Shown here: in pieces, positions 12,669 to 24,524 of the stretch | How positions within the stretch are numbered: position 1 is the first letter of the stretch | How the letters are laid out: every line of letters starts with the position of its first letter | Assembly: GCA_001949185.1 (NCBI GenBank) | Contig: BDGG01000002.1 | Span: 1,695,145 to 1,759,144 of the forward strand | Direction of reading: 5' to 3' | Source of the DNA: Ramazzottius varieornatus | Taxonomy: Eukaryota > Animalia > Tardigrada | DNA length: 64,000 nucleotides | Made by a program: the position numbers and the translations under genes | Notes under the pieces: generated by a model | Databases searched by the model: none | Told to the model about the DNA's origin: nothing | The model's input: only the letters and a program-made list of their open reading frames with translations

Positions 12669-12883
12669 GCGTACTTTAAAGTGCCAATGAAGTGGGACAA
12701 GATTGGTCCGGGTCCGCGTAAAGAATCCTCCCGGAACGCGCCGTTTTGGCTGTTATGTGTCATGTATAGCGATCAGCTGACCGATACACACGTTGACCAG
12801 ATATTTCACCCACCATCCGCGCGGTCTTTTTACACGCACCCGGACCCAAATCTGTCCCGCATCATTGGCACTTTAAAGTACGC
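12669..12883. mobile_element. Foldback MITE, possibly Kolobok-like (TTAA-AG...CT-TTAA)
   Basis: ~55-bp inverted arms gcgtactttaaagtgccaatga...tcattggcactttaaagtacgc. Confidence 0.75.
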
Positions 12884-13016
12884 GTTTTACAAATTTTACC
12901 GCTGTAAAAACTTTTTCCAGTCTCTACTATTGGTGAATTCTAGGTGCGGCTGCCGCCTTCCTATCTTGATCGGTCGCTGAGGAGGACTTCCCGACCGACG
13001 ACTCATCTACTGGAGG

Positions 13017-16000
13017 ATGTCGAAGCCAGAAGTCATCTTCATCTCGGTGTGGAAAGGCCACCACAGCAGCTACGGCATCACTCTACTGGGAAACGGTCCA
13101 TGCATCGTCTCGGACGTTTCCGTGGATGGACCAGCGGCCAAGGCTGGCGTCCAGCCCGGCTTGGTGGTCCTGGAAGTTGGAGGGAAGAATGTCGTAAACA
13201 AAAACCACAAGGAGGTGAGCGGGGACCGTCGAGAATGTCAATGCGGTTGGAACGTAATGAGTTATCGTTTGAGCTTAGGTGCGCCAGATGATCCAAGCTG
13301 CCGATGTCAACCTTCCCGTTCAATTCAAGTTTTCCACTCTGGACTCGGCCTGTCTCTTCTTTGGCAACGAGCTGAAAAGCATGTATGAGAGCTGTTTCAG
13401 CAAGAAACGACGTAGCAGTGGGGCTACGACGAAGCTACAAAGTCCCAAGAAGAGTGTGGCTGTTGCTGAAAAGAGTGAAGATAACTGCAAGGAGAATAAG
13501 TCAAAAGACATCCAGCCACATCTCTTCACACCACCCAAAGAAGACCATGTGAGTACCTTTCTATTGCTTTTCATTAGGGGGGATATAGCGGCAGAGTTTT
13601 TTCAGAAAGATGGTTTGGGGGAGCGCCCGGATCTTCTGGACAATTACCAAAGATCTCGGGACATTGCGCGATGGATGCGTCGGAATATGGAGGATTCTCC
13701 CAGCCAACAACAGTCTCCCGTTGGAGTGTCGCCTTTGAGTTCCTCCTCGATCACTACAGAGTTCTGCTGTCTGTATTACTCCAACCTCGTCGACCTTCTT
13801 GGTAAGTAATGATCACCACCCGTAAAACGATAGAATTTCCAAAACTGAGCTCGGCAGGGTTGTTTTTATCAGGTGGCGCTTTTCCAGTAGTTTTGGCTGG
13901 AAACGTGCGTCACTTGGAAAAACAATTTAGTCAATAAAGTATGTCTGCCCGCTTCCAGATATCCTGTTAACTTCCGAACAGTTTGTTTACAAATTTGAGG
14001 ATAATTCGTTTTCAACTTTATGCGACCGCGAGAGAGATTCCAACGCTTCTGTGTTTCTTGCAGGAAGTATGGAAGAGAACGTCTTTCAGAAGAACGTTCA
14101 GTACCTCAAGTCCTACAAAGTACCCCCGCAGTTTTGGTGCCGTCTGGTCGTCAACACCAAGACACAAAACCTGAGCATCTACCGTCCTGAAGGAAAGTAT
14201 GCCGTCTACACGTCCAAGAATCTCCGCCAAGTCTTTGTCCACCCGGACGGCCAGTTTTTGGGCTTGTCCACCGTCCGGACTTCCAAAGTTGCCACGGCGT
14301 CGCCGGACGATGCTATCGCTCAAGCTTCCATGGATGTTTACTCCTGTCACATTTTGTGCGTCGAGACTGCGCTACATTTCAACAGGACTCAACAACGGCA
14401 GGTATTGACGCAGCTTTTGGGACCAGACAAAGCGCTGGCCCTGTTGAGTAACGCACAACAATATTTCCCGCTGGATGCTTCCGAGGCCGTCCAAGCTGTC
14501 AGTAGCTTGTCAGACGCACTTCCGGGCTTGCAGAAACCGGCAATCGTTAAGAAGCACATCTCTACCGATCTGGACGAAATCAGTAAGAAATTTCTCATAA
14601 CCAAACATAAAATTCGCAGACTTCCGTTTGTCTTTCACGCACCTGCATACGTCCATGTAGGAGCAACTTCATCAGTGTTCGTATGCTGGCGCATGATTGC
14701 CGCGCGTTCAATGTGCTTGAGCGTGTTTATCATGCACATGCATACTTCCGATTCGTAGTAAGAAATTGGGTCGTGGCTCGTGGTGCATGAAAGATGGCTT
14801 TGTGGAATGCCGAATGCTCCTACGTGCTCGCTTATCTCGCTGGAAATCACGAGCTGCTGTATGCATGTGCGTGGAAGACAGGCATTCTACGAGGTCTTGT
14901 CCGAACTCACTCTAACCTGCTTGTGTGTGTTCTTTTGTAGGTGATGTTTCGACACTCAGTGGAGATGGCACTCCGGACGTGACGGTAGAGCTGAACAGTG
15001 CCAACGTTTTACGAAACAGCATGCGAAAGTACGGTCCTTACGCCAGTAACCTTCGGCGCAACTCGATCTCTTCCGACAGCTTGTCGGTCATCCCCACTGT
15101 TCCCTCCAGCGGGTCCTTCCGGCAAGGCCGTTCTGTCTCTCATCGTTACAGCTGTATGGGTACGTATAAGATTTCCGAAGGACACGAAGGTCCACCATGC
15201 GACTCGCTTCCCTCCGTGAATGTGGCCAAGGATCTGTCCAGCGTTAAAGAGTCGCCAGCGCGAGATGTCGTGTCGTCGCTGGAATTGGCCCATCCTGCCG
15301 ATGAACACTTTCGTCCGGAGGCCTTTTCGACACCGGGTGGTGTGTCACAGAAGAGCACGGGCAGTCGCAGTGGCAAAATGACGCTGACGGAAGTCCTCCA
15401 ACATCCCAAAGGCCTCAACATCTTCCAGGTTCCCTTTTCTTCTTTTGGATGAGTGAATGAATTGTGTGGCTTTACTCAGGGTGTTCTCGGGTATTTTTGC
15501 AGGCGTTTCTAGCTAGCGAGCACAGCGAGGAAAACATCAACTTTTGGCTGGCTTGTCAGGAATATCGCTTGTTGAACAGGAGCAAGGAGGTTCGTTTGAT
15601 CTTTTTCTCCTTTTGATTTCGAGTCATTGGTTTAGCTTGTTTGGCCATTTCAACAGATGAAAGTGATGGCAAAGAAGATGTACGAGCACTTCATCGCCGT
15701 GTCGGGGCGAGAGGCTGTCAACGTGGATGGCGGCGTCCGTTCGGCCATCTTGGATACCTTGGAAGAGGCCCACGCTGGTCTCTTCGACGCCGCTTGCAAA
15801 CAGGTAGGCTAGAACCCCTTTTTTGAACCTATGTTGTTTTGAAAAACTTGTAAGAGCATTGACAGTAACCTCGACAAAACTGTTTTTCCAAGTGGCGCAT
15901 GCTGTTAGCCAGTAATACTGGAAATGTGCGCCGCTTGGGAAAACGGCGAGTTTGTGTTGCCGGTCCTGCCATTTGACGAAACAAGGTCTTTTCACTGTAG

Positions 16001-17277
16001 GTGTTCGACCTGATGAAGAGCGACTCGTTTCCTCGTTTCCTCACCAGTTCCTACTACCTGCAGTTGCGGCAGATGATTGGCAGTTCCGACTTGATGCAGC
16101 AGCAACAGCCAGATTTTAACCAGAGCATGCCGTGTCTCATCCGAATGGACAGCCTCACTTCCACCAGCAGCCATAATAGTCCGCTCCCCGCGCGACGACA
16201 AAGCGCTCTTTTCGGCTGGATGAAAAAGGTATGGTCATTCCAAAAGATTAATGTTGATATTTTGATCAACATTATTGTTTTCTTGGTTCAGAAATCGGAT
16301 ACCCGTTTGTCGACGGCATCGAGTACTCGTCGATCTCTGCCTGGTCAGGGTCAGTTGCAGGCGATCTCAAAGACCTCTCCGGGCTTGACGAAACCCCCGT
16401 CGAACGTCTCGTGGACTTCGGACACGCTCGACTTGACGGATGATGGAAGTCATCGTCAGCACGAACCGGGAAGTCACAATCCTATCAGGAAGCTCCTGGA
16501 TCGTGGACGAAAGTCGCTCAGTGCTCGGGTCAAGCCTGCCCAGAAACGTAAGCCTTAAACCATAATTTCCTCGGTGTTACCAACTCTCCTTCCTATCCAA
16601 ACACAGAAATTCGAACCTCCAACAAAAACTGTGTTTGCAAAATATCCCGATTTAACTTCGAATACCTTCCAGAAATCATGGAAAGAGAGCTCGGCAGAAA
16701 ATTATACAAGTAGTTTTCCAAAGCGGCGCGTGTGTTTTGTGTTGTTGGCTCGAGGCGCGTCACTTGGAAAAGCGATCTTGTCCAGTTTGTTTGCCGAGCT
16801 TGTGAATATTTTAAAATTAAAGTAAATTCAGAACACTGTGAGTACTAGGGTAGAATGGTGATCAGGGAAGTGTTTCGTGTTGCAGGCGAAAGCCTAATGT
16901 CTTTCGTGTCGGAAACAGAATCGTTCAAGAGGACGGAAACGAAGACTTCTAAGCAGAATACTTCGCCAGTTTCCTTTCAGTTTCGTCGTCCGCTGACGCC
17001 ACCACCCTCTCGCAACCACGAAGTACAACTTCGTCGAGGTGCTGCCGTGAACAACCAGACACGGTCCGCTGGACGCGACCAGAAGCGCTTATCTCTGCAG
17101 GCCACCGCACACCGTCAGCTACGTCCAGCGACAGAAGCTGCCACGGAATGGACCTTCACGCACAGCAGCTCCCTCGACCTCAACCAAGTACTTCCGACGA
17201 CTTCTTCCCTCACAAGGGCCTCACCAGTGGGTCCACAGCGTCGCAAAGAAATTCCCTCCAAATCTCTTGATTTCTAA
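13017..17277 (+). CDS. RGS12/Loco-like regulator of G-protein signalling (PDZ, PTB-like, RGS)
   Basis: PDZ SYGITLLGNGPCIVSDVSVDGPAAKAGV; PTB-like HPDGQFLGL...SCHILCVE; RGS box LTEVLQHPKG...EHSEENINFWLACQEY...VNVDG...VFDLMKSDSFPRFLTS. Confidence 0.85.
13847..13956. repeat. N27 palindrome family, monomer (RGS intron)
   Basis: gagctcggca...caggtggcgct-N25-tgcgtcacttggaaaaacaat. Confidence 0.85.
14630..14879. mobile_element. Intronic MITE-like foldback element
   Basis: 21-bp TIR gtctttcacgcacctgcatac / gtatgcatgtgcgtggaagac (2 mismatches) inside RGS intron 14583-14940. Confidence 0.7.
15854..15966. repeat. N27 palindrome family, monomer (RGS intron)
   Basis: caagtggcgca-N27-tgcgccgcttgggaaaac. 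Confidence 0.85.
16685..16801. repeat. N27 palindrome family, monomer (RGS intron)
   Basis: gagctcggcag...aaagcggcgcg-N25-cgcgtcacttg...tttgccgagct. Confidence 0.85.
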
Positions 17278-18092
17278 AGTGTAAAGTAAATTATTAGTGC
17301 GATTTTTCATCATTTTTGCCGTGCCTTCCACGACTTTGACCGAATTTCCACATCGGAGCGGTCTCCTCCAGACCAAAGGCTAAGAATGCTTTCAGCATCT
17401 CAAGTCCCTTTCTTGAAGGTTTTATCCATTGTCTAGTTTTTAGGTGGGATTTTTGCTTTTTGTGGAACGTGGTGGTCTAGTTTTTGTGATGAGTTGTTTA
17501 GTGGCTCCTTGTTTTCTTTGGCTAAAACTGCTCCGTTTGATTATTTTATATAGCTGTTGGCGATGAGATCATGAGAGTTATCATGTTTAGACTTTGAAGA
17601 TCGTGTCCGTTTTCTGGTCATGCGGTTCGTGCTGAGGCGAAATGCACTGGCGCAACCAGCGGTCTTTTTCGCATCCCAGTCAGTGAAAACCCACGAAAGG
17701 ATAATGGCGGACTGGCGATATATAGGCAGCTACCGGCTGTAGGATTATAGTGGCATTAGTCAAAGGGTTACTCGCACAGCCTGGTGTCAGACTTGGTAAA
17801 ATTGGCTCGTGCTCCGCAGTCCGCACCCGTACCGGCGGTAACGCTTAATCGCTAATTCGCTGCACGTCATCGCCTAGGGGTATGAGGGCTCGTTTTGATT
17901 CTCAGGCAAATTTTCTCATGCCAATGGCTTACTGGTTTGTGAGAGGACCTCCGTCTGTAGTTTCTTTTCAAAGCTGTAGTATTTTTGTACGGAAGAAACA
18001 CTTCGGAAAACACTGGGTCGGCATCGGGTAAGATGTCTTGCCGGTTGAACCTGTGAGAACATGGCCATTTTCGTTGTTTTGTCGTAGGCACC

Positions 18093-19782
18093 ATGTCGCT
18101 GATGTACTTGGAGGATTACTTGGAGTTGGTGTCCTTCCTCCCTCAAGAATATCGTGAACGACTGACCAAAGTCCGAGAATTGGATCTGGAAGCCAACAAC
18201 CTTCGAGATAACATTGAAAAGTCCAAAAAGAAAATTCAGAAAGGCTCCAGCACTCGCTACATCGCGTCGGACATAAAAATTGACGTAGCGCTCACCACAG
18301 ATGGCATGTCCGCGGCGGACCGAGCGGCCATCACGGCGGAAATCACCGCTGCCCACGACCGCATCGTCCAACTCAGCGTCGAGAAAGTTCGCATCGTTGC
18401 CGGTCTCGAGGACCTTATGCTGAGATATAACCGGTAAGGAAGCAGGAGCGGAAGTCTTGGAAACACAATGGGCGAGAATCTCGAGATATTTTTATGTCAT
18501 GTTGGGCCGTACCAGACAGTCACAGTCCAGTTGCTGAAGTGAAGTTTGTAACGCTTTCTGTCAATCAACCATGTAACACTTAGTCAATCAACTCGTAGGA
18601 AAGGCTTTCCTGAATCCTGATTTCTACACGATTTTGGTGCCTTTACTTCTGTGTCTTTAGACGCCTTCAAGTGGACACGGAAAAGTTCAAGCTCGAACTA
18701 GAAGCGGACAATCCAGGGATAACCGAAAGCCTAGAAGCGCGAGCGGAAGCCGAAATGCGAAACCTTCAAGACAGCACCGTTCCCCAGAAGACTTCCCTGC
18801 CGGAAGTCCGAATGCCCTCCTCAAGGCGCATTGCCGATTTGGGCTCATACATGGCCTTGCAGCGACACAAACAAGCTCAGCTTCAGGGTCAAGGCCATTT
18901 TCCTGCCAAGCCTATACATCCTTCTTCGCACGAACGAAAAATTAGCACTATTCTCAGCCAGCACGGCCACTCGGGTGTGCTAGCGCGCGCCGCTACCCAG
19001 GCCATTGCACAAACCCAGCAGATGGCTCATGGCCGACGCACTGCTTCCCTGAAAGCTAGCTACGAGGCGGCCGTCCGACGTTCGCCTAATATCTCGCGAG
19101 ACCAGTCAGGTAAAAAGCATAATTAACGACCAGTGGCTCACTATGGCCATGAAACTTTCGACGTCGACGAGTAGGAATAGCCAATCAATGACTAAACCGA
19201 GTTTAAATCAACTGGTTGACTGGGGCTCTGAGTCAGCAGTTTTTGTATGGTAACGATGGCCTGGTGGCCAGTCGGGAGGCCGGACGATCTAGACGTTGGT
19301 GGTTCGATATCCAGTTTTTCGGTCGTTGGGGCCAGCAATTGAATTTCTTGTCTCGTTCGTTTGTAGGTGAGTGTCACGCAGCTTCTCCCGCTACTCACGG
19401 TGTTCAGACCGAGCGCGGCACGAGTGCGTACAGGAAGCGACAAGTGCAGCGTCGTGCGGAAGCTGAAGAAGCCGACGATGGTGCTTATGACGAAGACAAA
19501 GCGCTGTACTGTATCTGTCGCCAACCGTCGCACGGCTTCATGGTGGCTTGCGACAACAAGACGTGCGCGATTGAATGGTTCCATGGTGCTTGTGTCAGTG
19601 TGACTGCAGTAGAAGTGGAAGGTAAGACCTGGTTCTGTCCCGAGTGCCGTCGGGAACGCGAGCGTAAACGAGCGGCGTTGAACAACCAGCACCTCAAACC
19701 TGACTTTCACCCACATCCGTACACGTCGTCTTCGCAACAACAGCAGCGAACCCTAACGAAGAAGTATCGGAAGCCGCAGTGA
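18093..19782 (+). CDS. ING3: Inhibitor of growth protein 3 (NuA4/Tip60 subunit)
   Basis: MYLEDYLELVSFLPQEYRERL; FKLELEADNPGITE; ING3-typical GRRTASLKASYEA; PHD YCICRQPSHGFMVACDNKTCAIEWFHGACV. Confidence 0.92.
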
Positions 19783-20135
19783 AAGGAGAGATCTTTCTTC
19801 TCCATTCTTCTTATGTTTTAACTGTTTCAAGTCTTTTGTGACAACAACCTCGTCTACTAATTTAATATTGTTCCGTTAACTTATTAACCCATCCTGTAAA
19901 TGACAGTACTTCCTTCCGCCTTATGTTTCTCTCTACAGTGGCACCTAGCATAACTCAGAAGTTTTTGTGTTATCGATTTTAACCTCTGGTTTGGTTATTC
20001 TTCTTCCTAACTTGTATGAAAGAAAATGTAACCCAAATAGATATTGAATATGAACAGCTTTCGACGAAGATCAAGCCTGTCACATGTTGAAGACTGAAGA
20101 AACCAGTGTCTTTCGAGTCTAGAAATTGAGCAATT

Positions 20136-20338
20136 GCGAGCTCGGCAAAAAGATTCGACAAAATTATTTTCCGAGTGGCGCGTTCTCTCAGCCAATTGCG
20201 TAGAGACGGAGCGCCACTTGAAAAAAGAATCAAACTTGATGAGATTGTTTTCCCAAAGAGGCGCATGTTGTTAGTGTTATTGGCTGGAAGGTACGTCATT
20301 CGCCACGCGATGTTGTCGAGTTTTTTAGCCAAGGTCCC
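20136..20338. repeat. N27 palindrome family, dimer
   Basis: Two core pairs ~83 bp apart between gagctcggc / gccaaggtccc caps. Confidence 0.85.
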
Positions 20339-20603
20339 AGTTCCTAATAATATCCTTTTGCCTTCCTGTAGAAGTCGTTAGGGATTTCCGCGAGTTTCCT
20401 CCTTCCTCGATCGCTTTCGTTGCTTTCCGGCTCATACTTGCGCCTTCTGGAAGAATTTTTTGTGCATCATTTGGAGCTGAAGTCGAGGTCGAAGGTGTGA
20501 CAAACGTGGTCCTCGATGCCAGTGAGGTTGAACACGTGCTCTTCTTCGGGAGAGACTAAGCCACGCTGGCGCATGTCAGCGATCAGGTGGTGGGATACGG
20601 CTT

Positions 20604-20802
20604 GTATGGTGAGCCGGCTTGTATGGTGAGCGATTCAAAAGTCCACAGTACTTTTACCGCAGNNNNNNNNNNNNNNNNNNNNNNNNNNNNNNNNNNNNNN
20701 NNNNNNNNNNNNTCCGCGGGTGGATGCGCGGAAAAAGTATTTCACTGCGCATGCACCCGCGGTAAAAGTACTGTGGGCTTTCGAATCGCCCGGCTCACCA
20801 TA
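20604..20802. mobile_element. Palindromic MITE spanning an assembly gap
   Basis: Arms tatggtgagc...gcgattcaaaagtccacagtacttttaccgc / gcggtaaaagtactgtgggctttcgaatcgc...gctcaccata; flanked by ggcttg direct repeat. Confidence 0.7.
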
Positions 20803-21443
20803 GGCTTGGTAGACTTGGTAGATACTAGCCTGCAGTACACGAACTAGCTGTATTCTAGGAGTGATCGTCCCGAAGGCCGGATATGCCACTATCGGCGCGT
20901 GCGGACCCGTTGATGTCTCCAGTTTTACTCGTGCAGATGAAGGAAACCAGAAGTAAATTGCCGGTCATTATTGCTGTTTTCCTCTTCAGTTCGCGCATTT
21001 CACCTTGTAACGATGTTTACGTTCTTCAGTTATTGGGAGAATCGCTTGGGACCCAGTTTTACACATGGGCCTCATTTGATAATGGTATCACTATCGGAAC
21101 AATTCACTTGACAAGTCTCGACGAGAGAAGTCTTTACGCTGCGACATGCGAGGGTCGCCATCTCGTTACAACTTACAGGTAGCTTGTGCACATGTGACAA
21201 TACTGTAGCCAGAGAGACTAGAGGGGGTAGAGGAACGCGTAAGTATGTCACGCCAGTCTTCCAATGATAAAGTCATTGCCGGACTGGCGACCATCAAAGG
21301 TCGAGGTCAAATGCATGACCTTGGGTGACCTTTAACTGCTTGGACAGACCGACAGTTCGGCCTTACCTGACAGATCCAGTCGTTGCCTATTAAATATGTA
21401 TGCAGGTACATGAAGCGCCTTTGCGGCGTAGGTCCGGTAGAGC

Positions 21444-24400
21444 TAATGATGAGCATTACACGCAGCTGGTCCGCGTAATGTAAAATGTCGTGTAAAATGG
21501 TGTAATTACAAACGTGTAATTACATTGTACACGAATTACATTTTACAGTCGATAGTGCGGGTCCGGTGTGAAAACACTGGAACAACTGTTCGAAACAACC
21601 CAGAGCAATAACGGAACAATATCTTACTCTAGAACACTTGACCGCGATAAATTTAAGCTCACCGATAAAGTTCACTGATTAAACTCAGACACCAGAAGTA
21701 TTAAACAACTCTGCCAACGTGAAAAACTTCTTGCCGGAAAGCACAGGGTGGTCACCATCACCGTCTTCTTCTGCCGCTTCCTTGTCTTGCGCGAATAGCT
21801 CATCCAGCTCCGATGTTTGACTCTCTAGCCTCATCAGATCACCCGAGCGCGACCCTGTAAAACCAATGCACTAATAAGTACAGGCCTTTGAATCACGGTT
21901 GGTACAAGCGTTCGAACTATGATCAGAAGGATATTCATATATTTCATATAATTAGAAGACCGTTCTTGACCTTGATCGGCGATTGCTCCACCTTCTATTT
22001 CGATTGTTGGAACTCCGCAATGTGATGTTGTTTCACCTTCGCCGGCTTTCTTTTCCGTTTTCTTCTGCTTTTCCGCTTCTCGCACGTTATCTTCCCGGAA
22101 AAATTTCATCTTCAGTGTGCACATCCCGCTTACCAAGCTTAGCTGCAGTCGGTTGCTGTTGGCAGTGTGGACTTCCTTCATCTTCTTCCTGAATCGTTCC
22201 ACGGCTGCGGCGTGAGGACATGCGGACAGGAAAAACTTTGCTAACTGAGCCAGCTCGGCGTGTTCAGTTTCGGCGTACGACCAGTAGTCGAACGGGTTGC
22301 TCAGTTGTCTGGTGTATTTCGCGTCAAAAATGTTCTTACTTCCGCTGTGATGAATAGCAGAGGTTAACAGTTTCGTGGGGTCTTTTCGGAAGAACTATCG
22401 ATATAGGTCGCTAGCCCATTTGTAGATGACAGCGCTGTGGACTTTTGCTGGGTCGCTGCGAAACAAGTTGAGCTTGTACTTGGGGTGGAGGAACATGGCC
22501 GCAGCAACAACGTCGGTCTGATAGAAGCTCCTCCATCGCTTTTCCAACTGAGACATCAGCGTCCACGAAATGTCCCGGTCTCTCAGGTGCGAGAAACTTA
22601 GATAGATATTCCGGATAGCCGCTCCCATATCAGCAATCGTGCAGTTATCCGACTCTGCTTCTTTCTGTGCTTCTACCAGAGGCTTCAGCACGACAGCAAT
22701 TTCTCTCGCGCCAGCCCAGAAATCGTCGTCATCCAGAACCACTTTCAGCTCGAACGGAACGAGGCCCAAGTTCGTACCATACCTGACACCATACATCTAC
22801 AAAAACAAAGCTGACCGGATTCTACTATACAGAAATTTCGTTTTTGCAGAACTTTCAGTTACTACGAACCAAACTACAATAACTACATACAATAGTTACC
22901 TGTAATGCGCTCTTGGAATCCAGTACTCGCTGCACGCTCACATAAATGGAGTACCAGCGCGTTTGTGTCCATCCAGGCATGAAAATTTCTTTGGAGTAAA
23001 ACTCGAACTGGAGATCGCGTAACTTGCCCTGCGACAAGCTGCTTTTGCGGAATCAGTTGGACACTACATCACTCTGACGAAGGGTTTCCTTAAACTGGGG
23101 CACAAACTTGAATACGTCTTGTATAATCAAGTTGATCTGATGAGCATTACACGGAGAAAAAAGGATGCGCGAGAGCTTTCCCGAAAGAAGACGCCTGGCT
23201 TTACGATGAGCACCGTCGGAGTCGCATGTGACATATCTGACGTCAGCCTTGTACTCTTTCTTCACCTGGGTAATCTTTTGAAGGCTTTCTTTCATCACGT
23301 ACTCACCGTCATAGCTAACGCCAGTAATATCGAGAGCCGATCCCAGGGTGGAGTTTACGGTACCGCTCTCATCTCGTACTGTCAAAAGGAAACCTACAAA
23401 ACACCCATTTCTCCATTGCATAAGCCATAAGAGAAGCTGCAGAAATCTATTTGGTACCCAGTATTTTATCGCGGTTTACGTTCTTATATCCATCGAACGT
23501 TAACGTGAGGAATTTCTGATCCGTCAGCTTGCTCGTTACTTCGGACGTTGCTTCTGCTATACGTGCTGGCACAATACGGCGAGAAACTGGGAATGACCAC
23601 ACTAGGACGGAGGAACTTAAGAAGACGTTCCATTCTGGCATCGTCGGCCGCGCTGAAGGGGATGTTACAGCTGACGCATGCATCACCGTACACTTCTTCG
23701 AACTGTTTCTGCTCATCCTTGGTTAGAGGACGATCTACGAAGCCCAGTAAACTGCTCTGACTTCTCACATGTTTAGTTGCAAGTTCCGTGGACGTCTCAG
23801 TTGCCGATGCTCGCTTGACAGTCACCGGAAAATGCTTCTCTCGGACGGTTCGAGGAACGTGGACACACTTCTTCAGATGCTGCTCCATCCGTGGCTTGTC
23901 TCCTCGAATAGGCTTGACATTCTTGACTCCAGCTTCCACACAGTGCTTGCAGGTGGCTTGGCGTAGTTTAGAGTTGAGCCAGTACTCGGAATTTCTTTCG
24001 AATTCTGCCCATACATTCTGCCCTTAGTCGACCGGGCTTGCTGTCTCCTATCAATGATAGTCAGAATATTATCGGCTAAAATCTGGTACAATTCTTATAC
24101 CCATGGAAGTGGTTCGCAAATAACAATTACCTGTCTTATCTCTCTTCGTGTCACCGCCGCCGTCGTTTTTTTCGTTGTCAGACATGGCAGTAACACTTTC
24201 AAACGTGAAAACAGATGAACATGCTGGAACTATGACTTCGAGAACGGAGGTCCGAAGATCAAAGTGAAATATGCCAGTTCAAACACGTTAAACCACGAGA
24301 CAAGTTAGCACTGGTGACGCAGGCACCTACAAGCTTGGTCAAGCAATCAACCCAGACTTAGCGTGCACGTTCAATCAAACCGTGCCACAATCACTTGACG

Positions 24401-24522
24401 TTACGAGTTTCTCTCGTTGCGGCGTCATGTATTCACGATCGTAATTACACTTTTACATCTGTATTTTACATTACAAGTTCCTAGCGGTAGTAATGTCGTG
24501 TAAAATGTAATGCTCATCATTA
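21444..24522 (-). mobile_element. hAT transposon 1 (full length)
   Basis: 17-bp perfect TIR TAATGATGAGCATTACA; perfect 8-bp TSD ggtagagc (21436-21443, 24523-24530); TGTAA/TTACA subterminal repeats. Confidence 0.95.
21834..24185 (-). pseudogene. hAT transposase (spliced, disrupted)
   Basis: LTFDGYKNVNRDKILG, VTCDSDG, PCNAHQINLIIQD, TRWYS, AAMFLHPKY, SACPHAAAVERF; in-frame stops at 23053-55 and 22395-97, frameshift near 23590. Confidence 0.9.
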
Positions 24523-24524
24523 GG

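Noticed and set aside
13870-13882. Core CAGGTGGCGC resembles the CTCF motif
   Set aside because: Most copies read CAAGTGGCGC, missing a strongly conserved G and the upstream CCAC/G; resemblance alone is insufficient
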